From Octopus sinensis (taxonomy: Eukaryota): 38,026 nucleotides of DNA. The DNA lies in the NCBI RefSeq assembly GCF_006345805.1, contig NW_021835909.1, forward strand, positions 1 through 38,026, written 5' to 3'. Numbering within the stretch: position 1 is the stretch's first letter; each line of letters begins with the position of its first letter. Positions 1 to 10,539 of this stretch are shown here, piece after piece. The notes below the pieces were generated by a model. It ran no database searches and had not been told where the DNA came from. It saw nothing but the letters and a program-made list of their open reading frames with translations. Made by a program: the position numbers and the translations under genes.

Positions 1-531
1 CACGATCTTTGAACATATCGGCTGCGCTCTCGTTCGTAATTATGTGTTTTGACTTACTGTAAACCAAATAAATAAAACGTAATTAAACAAAACGAGTCGC
101 AGGTCTTTTGACCAACGCAATGTTGTAACATTCGACGTTTTTGATGAGTAATTGGAAGCTTTAGTTGGTTAATAATAGGTAAGCTTATATCACGTTACTT
201 CAAACTACATCAACAATATGGACTTCAATAATTTCCTTGTTTTACAAACAGATCAACAAATCAATATTATTTCATTTGATTTCACGCGAGAATTATTTGA
301 TCTGAAAGTCAATCAGTATCAAGTTCAGGTATTGGTATTGAACTTGTGCTATCTCTTGACACAGTCCACCTAGAGTGCTATCGTCTGGAAGTGAGTCTGT
401 ACAGTATAAGACGGACGGCGCGGATAATTTCTTTCAACAACATTTAGTAATAAAAGACATACGTGCTGTTTATCGCCTCACATCTACACGGATCGAACAG
501 ATTGCTATATCTCTATCTACCTATACTAGCT

Positions 532-535
532 ATTT

Positions 536-581
<46 letters not shown>

Positions 582-675
582 GTGCGCGTGTGTATATATA
601 TATATGTATATTTATACATGTATATAATGTGATATATTTATATATATATATTATATATAATATATATATATATAC
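532..675. repeat. (TA)n/(TG)n microsatellite block
   Basis: Visible dinucleotide runs. Confidence 0.95.
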
Positions 676-990
676 AGGGTTACCGTGGTCTTTTCGTAGG
701 CTTTTCTTTCCACGATAAACCTAATCTTACTTTTACATTTTAAAAACTTTTCTGTGATACAAGATCCCTTTTGATCGAGTTTTCTTTTCCCCGATCCCTT
801 TGATCGGAATTTTACTTTTTTCTCATTTTTCCGCTTTTCTATCATTTTCGTCTTCTGTAGAAGAGCGTAAGCTCGAAACGTAAAAGACTTTTTCTATTCC
901 TGAGCGTTATACTAATACATCTGTTTGTTTTGTACACCCCTCTGTATTCAGCCCTGTGTGGCCAATAAAGAAAGTTATATATATATATAT
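676..990 (+). mobile_element. Short Penelope-LTR-like element between (TA)n tracts
   Basis: Contains GAAGAGC-GTAA-GCTCGAAACG, then CCTGAGCG and a T-rich tail ending in TATATA. The same layout recurs on the minus strand at ~13118-13310, ~24800-25110 and ~34180-34385. The Penelope assignment is inferred from the hammerhead-like motif. Confidence 0.6.
850..888 (+). ncRNA. Minimal type I hammerhead-ribozyme-like motif (variant core)
   Basis: GUCUU(850-854), CUGUAGA, A, GAGC/GUAA/GCUC, GAAA, CG, UA, (A)AAGAC(884-888). Stem I has 5 bp with one extra A; core has A6U. Confidence 0.5.
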
Positions 991-1292
991 ATATGTCTGT
1001 GTGTCTATATTTGTGTATAAATAAATAAATATATATGTATATATAGCGGACATCGACCAAAAGTCATCACGGTTGCTCAAGGTAAAATCTAAAATGAATT
1101 CCTCGCTCTTTCAGGAACATCAATTTTTTATATTGACTGCATATCACCACTATGAACCACTGCATCATACTCTTTAAACATATAGCATGAACTCACTTCA
1201 CTATATATGAACTTTTGATGTCTGACTCTATTGTATATTATAAATGAATTTTTTATATTTGATAGCATGAACTATCTTTTTTTATATATAAC

Positions 1293-1343
1293 TTTTTTTG
1301 ATAAGGTTCATCATTTCAAGAACCGAAACATGTTAAATAAAAA
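1293..1343 (+). ncRNA. Degenerate hammerhead-like motif (Penelope-LTR remnant)
   Basis: UUGAUAA (vs CUGAUGA), stem II GGUUC/GAACC, GAAA, palindromic ACAUGU, U. Stem I is weak A/U pairing. Confidence 0.4.
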
Positions 1344-1444
1344 ATGTATATATAAAAATTAAAAATTTGTTCTAATATAGCAGCATTTTCGAACTTCATT
1401 TTTACAAATATATACCTACTCGTATACGAGCTAATCTTATTATA

Positions 1445-1456
1445 AATAATATATAT

Positions 1457-1514
<58 letters not shown>

Positions 1515-1617
1515 AATATAGTCACACACACATATAATGTAGGTATATATATATATGAACATGTAGATATATACATACATAAATATGTATACATATATAT
1601 ATGCATATATCTATATG

Positions 1618-1658
<41 letters not shown>

Positions 1659-1760
1659 GTATATGTAATATATATATATAATATATAATATATATATATA
1701 TATATCTATATATATATATTATATATATATATATATATATAATATATATATATATAATAC
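1445..1760. repeat. (TA)n-rich microsatellite
   Basis: Visible. Confidence 0.95.
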
Positions 1761-1767
1761 ATAAAAT

Positions 1768-1975
1768 GGTGTCTTTATGTCTGGTTTGTCCTCCAGCAAC
1801 GCTTCAGCACTGGTGTCGTGTTTTTACGTCCACGTAAGCTAGTGGTACTACCAGGATTAAGAAAATAAAATACTGGAGTCGATCCCCTCGATTAATAATT
1901 TTTCAAGGTTGTGCCCCAGCATGGCCATTGTGTAATGATTGAAACAAATGACAAAAGATAGAAGATAAAAAAAAT
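1768..1975 (+). mobile_element. SINE family D, degenerate 3' portion
   Basis: Similar to the reverse complement of 26219-26430 (gtcgat...ccagcatggcc...gaaacaa). Confidence 0.6.
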
Positions 1976-2007
1976 GAGATGAGTCAATAATGAAAAAGGA
2001 GCAGATA

Positions 2008-2080
2008 AGCTTTACATTTCAGCCCTTTGGGGTCTATAATGTGAAGTACTAGCCAAGGACTTGGGGTAATGTAATCACCA
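2008..2080 (+). mobile_element. SINE family A central fragment (degenerate)
   Basis: ctttacatttcagccctttggggtctata resembles the family A core ctttgcctttcatcctttcggggtcgata. Confidence 0.55.
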
Positions 2081-2135
2081 TGTTTCGTGTCTGCAGAATC
2101 GCTAGCTTTGGACCAGTTTTTACAACTCCCACGTT

Positions 2136-2438
2136 ACTCCTCCTCCTGCTCCCCCTCCTCATCTCCCCTTCTCCTTCTCTTCTACTTCTTCCTCCACCTC
2201 CACTTCTTCTTCTTATTATTCCTCTTCCTCCCCTTCTTCTTCTTCTTCTTCTACTTCTTCTTCTTCTTCTTCTCCTTCCTCTTCTTCTTCTTCTCCCCTC
2301 CTTGCCTTCTTCTTCTATTTCTTCTTCTACTTCTTCTTCTTATTATTATTATTCTACTTCTCCTTCTTCTTCTTTTTCTTCTTCTTCTACTTCTCCTTCT
2401 TCTTCTTCTTCTTCTTCGTCTTCTTCCTCCTCCTCCCC
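2136..2438. repeat. (CTT/CCT)n polypyrimidine triplet repeat
   Basis: Visible. Confidence 0.95.
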
Positions 2439-2469
2439 AGACTAGGGAATTCATATCACAACGAACAAT

Positions 2470-2780
2470 AACTTCATGTTCATTGTAGCAGTTGCAGTAA
2501 CGGGAAAACGTGACGCGACAATTTCACAATCACAAAAGACAGAAGGAGAACCTTGGTATAAAAGGATCTTGCCGGGACAAGTAGACATATTACATCAAAG
2601 CGGTGTTTAAGTAAGTGGGAAATTGTATCAACAGCAACCGGAGACTCTGATAGAGAATGATAAATTTAACACTTTAGCATTCACATTATTCTTTCCAGTA
2701 TAATGGACAGAATATAAACTAACAAGTCGGATGGTAACGGTAGCGAGGATGTCTAAAACTACCGGGAGATGTTTTCAGAA
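2470..2780 (+). pseudogene. Possible N-terminal ORF remnant of an R4/Dong-type non-LTR retrotransposon
   Basis: Translates VAVAVTGKRDATISQSQKTEGEPWYKRILPGQVDIL, recalling the EPWWKRRLEGQI segment upstream of RT in this clade. Same strand as the REL remnant at 3480-3836. Confidence 0.35.
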
Positions 2781-2963
2781 TCCCTCCACAGTCTTCGTAT
2801 ATCCCTAAGCAAATCCTGGTATTTTTCTATTTTCTTCTGTTACTTGACCGCTATTTTTATATGGGCAGACCCACAGTTTTGTATTAATCATGAATCATCC
2901 GATAGCTCTGACATGTTAATGACATGATTATTTAGTTTTAGATGGACATTATAGGGTAGATGT

Positions 2964-3352
2964 GGAGGCGCAATGGCCCAGTGGTTAGGGCAGCGGTCTC
3001 GCGGTCGTAGGATCGTGGTTTCGATTCCCAGACCGGGCGTTGTGAGTGCTTATTGAGCGAAAACACCTAAAAGCTCCACGAGGCTCCGGCAGGGATGGTG
3101 GTGATCCCTACTGTACTCTTTCACCACAACTTTCTCACACTCTCACTTCCTGTTTCTGTTGTACCTGTATTTCAAAGGGCCGGCCTTGTCACTGTCTGTG
3201 TCACGCTAAATATCCCCGAGAACTACATTAAGGGTACACGTGTCTGTGGAGTGCTCAGCCACTTACACGTTAATTTCACGAGCATTTCCGTTAATTTTCG
3301 TTGATTCGGATCAACCGGAACCCTCGTCGTCGGAACCGACGGAGTGCTTCCA
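2964..3352 (+). mobile_element. tRNA-derived SINE family B (head B, tail 1), full length
   Basis: A-box TGGCCCAGTGG 2974-2984, B-box GGTTTCGATTCC 3017-3028, TSD GGTAGATGT at 2955-2963 and 3360-3368. Confidence 0.9.
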
Positions 3353-3479
3353 CCTATATGGTAGATGTTAGAGGGACCACGTCTGGCAGGTTTGAACATA
3401 AAACAGGTAGAATATTGTGGCCGGATATGATCGGATTAAATGCTAAAAGGTTTATGGCCCGATTAAGTGCTAAAACGCC

Positions 3480-3885
3480 TTATAAGACTTTACAGTTCAA
3501 ACTAACAACGAAATTTAACCAAAAGGAACTGATTTTATCTTACTGTATAATGAGTCGAGAGATTATATCTTTATAGATGTTGCCGTCTGTTAATATGAAA
3601 GTAGCGATCAGAGAACAGAAGAAAATAGGAAAATACCGATACTTTCCTAGGAAACTACGAAGAGAGTGGAGGATCTCTGCAAATATTTCCTGGTAGTTAT
3701 AGCTATCCTGGGTATCGTTACCATCCGAATTGATAGTTTCCTTATTGAGAACCGTAAATCTACTAGGTTTACATTAATACAGAAATTTGCTTCATCGGGA
3801 ATAGCAAGGGTTGTACGAAAGGTCCTCGATATCTAAGGAACTGGCTGTGATCCAGTACCAAAGGCATCGATTCCAAATGTAATAA
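3480..3885 (+). pseudogene. 3' end of R4/Dong-clade non-LTR retrotransposon (restriction-like endonuclease domain plus short 3' UTR)
   Basis: DFTVQTNNEI*PKGTDFILLYNESRDYIFIDVAV (3486-3587), then after frameshifts MKVAIREQKKIGKYRYFPRKLRREW and VVIAILGIV...IQKFASSGIARVVRKVLDI* (stop 3834-3836). Matches the PD..D..K..KY REL pattern and the GTARIIRKVL terminus. Runs into (TAA)n. Confidence 0.8.
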
Positions 3886-4009
3886 TCATAATAATAATAA
3901 TAATAATAATAATATAATAATAATAATAATAATAATAATATAATATAATAATAATAATAATAAATAATAATAATAATAATAATATAATAATAATAATAAT
4001 ATGATAATG

Positions 4010-4040
<31 letters not shown>

Positions 4041-4112
4041 TAATATAATAATAATAACTAATAATAATAATAATAATAATAAATAATAATAATAATAATA
4101 ATAATAATGATT

Positions 4113-4152
<40 letters not shown>
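3880..4152. repeat. (TAA)n microsatellite
   Basis: Visible; a second (TAA)n array lies at 4655-4722. Confidence 0.95.
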
Positions 4153-4653
4153 TTGGAAGTGTTATCATGTACATTGTTTTGTCTTGGTATAAAAGATGGG
4201 CTACAGCAAATATTCTGCTCAATACCACAGATTTGCTTGTCAGTTGTTTGACCTTAACCAGTTTACCATGTCCCTTAGTGTCTGACAATATGTGCATCTC
4301 TGATCACAAGCAGAAGTAGTGGGGGAGCATCATAGCCGTGTGTTGAATGGTATTCTTAGAGGTTTGGATAATTCACCTTTAGAAACATGTGGTTCTTTCA
4401 ACATCCTTAAACACAGCGTATTCAGGGACCTATTGAGCGGCATGGGCTACTCGACCTAAAGAAAATTCTAACTGTGCACCACCTGCAAGTTCATGCACTG
4501 TTTATCTTGATATGAGATCACCATGTCGTGCACATATGGCTGTGATGTATATGCCTGGTGTACTCTTATCAGACATGTAGTCATGATGGGTATACTGAGC
4601 TTCGTATGTTTTACCCCAATGTCAAATTGATGGCATGCGCTGCTCTCTCACTC

Positions 4654-4654
<1 letters not shown>
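4153..4654. mobile_element. ~500-bp interspersed repeat bounded by (TAA)n on both sides; probable 3' end of a TAA-targeting non-LTR element
   Basis: Complex sequence with abrupt joins to (TAA)n at both ends and no ORF. I recall it as a common octopus repeat, unverified. Confidence 0.5.
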
Positions 4655-4689
<35 letters not shown>

Positions 4690-4886
4690 TAATAAAATAA
4701 TAATAATAATAATAATAATAATAAGTAAAGTTAATCGCCACATCAAAGTGGCTTTTCCACGTTGCTACTAGCTTAACCCCAGGCAGATCTTCCGCCAGCT
4801 GGTTATCGACGCGACAATTTATATACAATATATATTTTGCTAGAAGGGGGATCGAACTTCTGTCATACTCTAGTAGACAACGGGAG

Positions 4887-4933
4887 AGCGAAGCTGAATT
4901 TGTTTCGAGCTGGTTGGCTCTTCCTCAGTCGCG
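4887..4933 (-). ncRNA. Hammerhead-like motif (degenerate cleavage triplet)
   Basis: Minus strand GCGA, CUGAGGA, A, GAGC/CAACCA/GCUC, GAAAC...GCU, UCGC. Canonical core and the same stem II arms as 850-888, but U16.1 appears as C. Confidence 0.4.
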
Positions 4934-5085
4934 AGCACCTGGCCACCAGAAAAATAGCCAGGGTCTGCTCCAGCTAGCAATATATCGTAAACAAAGCGAC
5001 CATCGGTCACTGATTTACAACAAGCAAAATAGCTAGTCGTTAAATCTCAAGAAGAGATTAGAGAAGTAGCTATAATACTAATCAC

Positions 5086-5745
5086 TTGAAATTTTGGTAC
5101 AAAGCTAGTGATTCTGCAGACACGAAACATAATGATTACATTGCCCCCAGTCCTTGATTAGTATTTCACTTTATAGACCCCGAAGGGCTGAAATGTTAAG
5201 TTTAATGCTAGGATCTGAACTGAAAAACGTAAAGAGCCGGAAGAAATCCCATATAGCGTTTTGTCCGACAGGTTAACAATTCTGCTAATTCGCAACTTTA
5301 ATCATTCTTTCTGCTATAAGCACAAGACATAAAACTGGAAACAGATGCTAGACGATTATATCCACCCCACTACAAGACTGGTAATTATTGTATCCACCCC
5401 GAAAGGATGAAAGGCATAGTTGACCTTGGTAGATGTGAACTCAGAACGTAAAGACGGACGAAATGCCACTAAACATATATTCCGACGTGCTAACTGTTCT
5501 GTCATCTTGCTGCCTTGATCGCCACGTTAATCTCTTCGGCTATAGGTACGAGGCCTGAAATTTGCGGTAGAGGGTCTTATCGTTTACAACGAACCCTGTG
5601 CGCAACTGGCACCAGTTTCACTAACCCAGAAAGGAATGATAGGCAAAATTGCCCACGCTGGAATTTGATGTCAGAACGTAAAGACGGACGTAATATCGCG
5701 AAGTATTTTGTCCTCCGTGCTAACGATTCTACCAGCTCCCCAGAA
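5086..5745 (-). mobile_element. Three consecutive degenerate SINE family A copies
   Basis: Each shows accccgaaaggatgaaaggc...gaactcagaacgtaaaga...gctaac variants (~5088-5292, ~5305-5516, ~5530-5740). Confidence 0.8.
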
Positions 5746-5779
5746 ATTACTAATCATTTGCCAAAATTAGTACAATATT

Positions 5780-6177
5780 CTTTCCTATTCTAGGCACAAG
5801 GCCCGAAATTTGGGGGGAAGGGGCCAGTCGATTATATCGACCCGAGTACGCAAGTAGTGCTTAATTTATCGATCCCGAAAGGATGAAAGGCAAAGTCGAG
5901 CCCGGCGGAATTTGAACTCAGAACATAAAGACAGACGAAATACCTATTTCTTTACTACCCGCAAGGGGTTAAACACAGAAAGGACAAACAAAGACAGACA
6001 AACGGATTAAGTCGATTATATTGACCCAGTGCGTAACTAGTACTTATTTAATCGACCCCGAAAGGATGTAAGGCAAAGTCGACCCGGCGGAATTTGAACT
6101 CAGAACGTAACGGCAGACGAAATACTGCTACGCACTTCGCCCGGCGTGCTAACGTTTCTGCCAAACTCACCGCCTTA
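5780..6177 (-). mobile_element. SINE family A dimer
   Basis: Full unit 5944-6174 joined to a 5'-truncated unit at GACGAAATAC|CTATTTC. Flanks AAAATTAGTACAATATT (5763-5779) and AAAATTGGTACAGTATT (6178-6194) form a probable TSD. Confidence 0.85.
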
Positions 6178-6584
6178 AAAATTGGTACAGTATTAACACC
6201 CGTGGTTTGTTGTTTCTGTTAATTTAGTGTCTAGTCTGTGTGTTTGGTATATGTGTAAAGTGCATTAAGACGTTTGTGTTATAATTAATGTGATGTAATA
6301 ATGGATATCGATAATGTAAGCGCATGCGCTATGACATTTTATCGGGTGTTGATTGGATTTCATTTTCAAGTACCGAATCATACGATGTATTAGATAGAAT
6401 ATCAGAGAAAATGATTTGTAATTTCTGTTCTGATTCTCTACGTTCTGACATCAAATCCAGTACAAGTTAAGTTCAACTTTTACAAGAGGTCGATCAATAA
6501 AGTACTAGTTGAGTACAAGGAACGATGGTCGTCTTCTCTTCCTCCTCATTTAGCTTTTTTCTTTTTCTTTTTTCTTATATTACC

Positions 6585-6885
6585 ACAACCACCACTACCA
6601 CCGTTACCACGTCACGAAAACTACCACTACATCCACCATTAATGCTACTACAATTACTACTACTGCTATACAACTACGACTACTACCACCAACACTACTA
6701 CTACTACTACTACCACCAACACAACTACTTCTACCACTATTACTGATACTACCCCACCACTATTATTACCACCGCCACCATTATTACCACCACTACTACT
6801 ATCACCTCTACTAGTACTACTACTACTAATACTACTACTAGTACTACTACTATTATTACTACTGCTATTACTACTACTACTACTT
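6585..6885. repeat. (ACT/ACC)n triplet repeat
   Basis: Visible. Confidence 0.9.
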
Positions 6886-6905
6886 TTCTTATCTTTATTC
6901 TCTCA

Positions 6906-7217
6906 CTTTAATTATGCGCCCTTTTCAAGCCTAGCCAGGCTCATGGGCCCAGTTTCCTGGTTTCGGTGGCGTATGTGATCCCCAGCTAGACGGGACACTA
7001 GTCCATCGCAGCGTTACTCAAGAAACAGGAAGAAAGAGTCAGAGAAAGTTGGGGTGAAAGAGTACAACAGGGGTCGCCACCACCCCCTGCCGTAGCCTCG
7101 TGTAGCTTTTAGGTGTTTTCACTCAATAAACACACACAACGCCCGGTGTGGGAATCGAAACCGCGATCCTCCGACCGTGAGTCTGCTGCCCTAACCACTG
7201 GGCCATTGCCCCTCCAC
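6906..7217 (-). mobile_element. SINE family B (head B, tail 2)
   Basis: Reverse complement of the 2964 head with the same tail as 11284-11602. TSD TATTCTCTCA at 6896-6905 and 7218-7227. Confidence 0.9.
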
Positions 7218-7230
7218 TATTCTCTCAATT

Positions 7231-7400
7231 ACGGCGGCAAATTGTGAGAATCTTTAATTCACCGCACAAAACGCCTGGCAGCATTTCGTCCCATTTTGCG
7301 TCCAAAGTATAAATTCCTTTTCGACCGAATTTATCCGTTATCATTTCGGCTTCTCTGAAATAAGAACCAGTTGCGCACTGGGGTCGATATCCTAGACTCA
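7231..7400 (+). mobile_element. Degenerate SINE family A copy
   Basis: ggcggc...catttcgtc...accagttgcgcactggggtcgat. Confidence 0.6.
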
Positions 7401-8429
7401 TCCTCTCCTTTGAAATTGTTGCTCTTGCAGCCAAATTAGAATTATCTCGTGCAGTATTACAATATATGAGACGGACATTTTTGTGTTATCAAAGAGCGGA
7501 AATCAAACTGATGATATGCCAAAAATCCAGTGTTTGCTTCCTTTAGATCTACATTTGTAAATATAACATTTCTTGCGATTATTATTTATTAAAATGAATA
7601 CAAAACACATAAAAAATATTTTTATTACTTCAACTTTGATTTGCAACGCATCTATAAATATTACTCGTAAATATTATTCACTTTTATCATTAATAAAGTA
7701 TTGATTTTTCTGTAATTAAATGCAAGATAATTCGTTTCCAGTTTGATTTTGGGTATGTTTTTATTTTATTTTATTTTATTTTATTTTTAATTTTCTATCG
7801 TTTTTCAAACCTATGGAAATGAATCATCAAAAACGTAAATGTCTGTAGTATTGATTCTTTGAAATATAATGTTATTCCATGCACTATTAACCAACAATTA
7901 CTTACGTGTTTAATTTGCGAAAATAACCGTTGATAAATATAGGAATATACCCTCCCCCAAAGGAACATTGAGCACTTGAAAACAAAAACCTTCAGGTAAA
8001 ATCAATAAGGATTTAAGCTATTTTCCTGCTTTAAAATCTAAAATTCAAAAAGCGTTGAATAATTAAAAACCTACTTGAAAATAATGAAAGAACAATTGAT
8101 GAAGGCTTTATTGTATCTTAGAAAATTTCAAAATTCATTGCCAACTGTGGGAAACGTCGTAATATTACAAGAATTTTGTTTTCTTGTTGGTTGTTGAAGA
8201 ACTATTTTAATTCTGTGTTTTATGTTGTTGTCTGGTGTATGTGATTTAATTAGTTTTTGTTTTCCATGGAGTAAATATTCAAGTTTCAAGCTATAGAGGG
8301 TAAAACGGTGAATGATATCGCGAACGAGTTTTGTTAACATAAAATGTGTTAGATGATGGCACGTACGAGCCTTCGTAGAAGGCAAACGTATAAAACAACG
8401 CTACAAACACACACTGAAGGTGAAAGAAT

Positions 8430-8790
8430 AGTAGAGGCGAAGGAGGAGGAGGATGTGGTGGTGGTGGTGGAGGAGGAAGGGGGAAGAAGAGGAGGGGGAC
8501 GAAGAAGAAGGAGAGGAGGAGGAAGAAGTAGAAGAAGAATAGGAGGAGGAGGTGGAAGATGAAAAGGAAGAAGAAGAAGAAAAAGAGGAGGAGGAGGTGG
8601 AGGTGGAGGATGAAGAAGAAGAAGAAGAAGAAGAGGAGAAAATGGAGGAGGAAAAAGAAGAAGAAGAGGAGGTGGAGGAGGAGCAAGAATAAGAAAAAGA
8701 AGAGGAGGAGGACGACGACGAGGGGGAGGACGAGGAGGAAGAAGAAGAAAAAGAAGAAGAAGAAGAAGAGGAACAGGAGGAGGAGTAGCG
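8430..8790. repeat. (GAG/GAA)n polypurine triplet repeat
   Basis: Visible. Confidence 0.95.
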
Positions 8791-8950
8791 GGGGAGTTGT
8801 AAAAACCAGAATTTGTTTTTATTGATACAACGTTTTGCATAATTATCCTGATTACGTTCCAGAAAATTCTAACGTGAATATGCTTGTCATTGTTAGTATT
8901 TTTGCACAAGTGAGCAACTTCTGTATGACAACTATGCGTTCATAACTCAC

Positions 8951-9066
8951 TCTAGGAATCCCCTGTTTACATTTGTTTTTGTCTCGTCAGCCAGAAGCAC
9001 TCCCGTACCAATGATTCTAACATGAGCCGATGCCCTTCTTTAAAATTTCAAACTGTTTGCTGTGAT
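8951..9066 (-). other. Exon-like segment (116 bp), not open in any single frame
   Basis: Acceptor ttttctgtttgtag and donor GTGAGT. With one frameshift it reads HSKQFEILKKGIAHVRIIGTGVLLADETKTNVNRGFL; no family recognised. Confidence 0.25.
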
Positions 9067-9639
9067 CTACAAACAGAAAATAAATCGCCATATGCAGAGT
9101 GAACAGCGGGAATCAAAACAATAAATTGTATATTTACTATTTTTATTTCTTACGCATTCTGCTATATTCGAACATGAATATGCTTAACGCTGTTGAGAGA
9201 CATCACTGGAAAATAACACCTTTATAACCATAAGCTACCCTCGAATTTTATTCTAAAATAATATTTTTATTTTGCAAAATAATTCTCACTTCTTTTGCGT
9301 GAATATCTGATTTTAATACTGGTCTATGGGTACCATTTCAAAAGAATTAAAGAGATTGTTAAAGAAATCTTATTTTGTAACTAAAATAGAATCTACAGCA
9401 ACAGGTTAAACAAATATCGGACAAATCTGTAATCCGGGAGGTTTTGAAAGCAAAGACTGTAGAAAATATATGTTGTACCCCTGCGCTTATATTTTAAATG
9501 TATTTTAAAAGAAACGTTTCTCGGTTCGACTTTTTCTGAGCCAAAAGTATTTTTCTTCCCAATATTATAATTTCTAGCATTTTATTTTTTATTATTAATT
9601 TTTCTAGCATTTTATTGTTTTATTATCATTATTTTTAAC

Positions 9640-9746
9640 ATCATTTTATTTATTTATTTATGTATTTATTTATTTATTTATTTATTATTATTATTATTAT
9701 ATTATTATTATTATTATTATATTTTATTATTATTTTATTATTTTTA

Positions 9747-9834
<88 letters not shown>

Positions 9835-9918
9835 TATTATTATTATTATATTATTTTTATTTTTATTATTATATATTATTATTATTTTATTATTATTATT
9901 ATTATTTTATTATTTTTA

Positions 9919-9962
<44 letters not shown>

Positions 9963-9990
9963 TTATTATTATTATTATTTATTATTTTTA

Positions 9991-10037
<47 letters not shown>

Positions 10038-10136
10038 TTTATATTTTATTATTATTTATTATTATTATTATTATTATTATTTTTATTTTTATTATTTTAA
10101 TTTTTATTATTATTATTATTATTATTATCATTATTA

Positions 10137-10170
<34 letters not shown>

Positions 10171-10250
10171 ATTATTATTTTATTATTATTACTATTATTA
10201 TTATTATATTATTATTATTTTTATTTTTATTATTATTTTTATTTTTATTA

Positions 10251-10281
<31 letters not shown>

Positions 10282-10323
10282 TTTATTTTTATTATATTAT
10301 TATTATTATTATCATTATTATTA

Positions 10324-10361
<38 letters not shown>

Positions 10362-10436
10362 TTTATTTTTTATATTATTATTATGATTTTATTATTATTA
10401 TTATTATTATTGTTTATATATTATTATTATTGTTTA

Positions 10437-10491
<55 letters not shown>

Positions 10492-10525
10492 TTATTATTA
10501 TGATTATTATTATTATTATTATTAT
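9640..10525. repeat. Long (TTA)n microsatellite (~0.9 kb)
   Basis: Visible, with many phase slips. Confidence 0.97.
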
Positions 10526-10539
10526 TTCTAGCATTTTAT

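Noticed and set aside
2964-3040. tRNA gene (also 11284, 33702, 26632)
   Set aside because: A/B boxes are present but no full cloverleaf; they continue into SINE bodies with TSDs.
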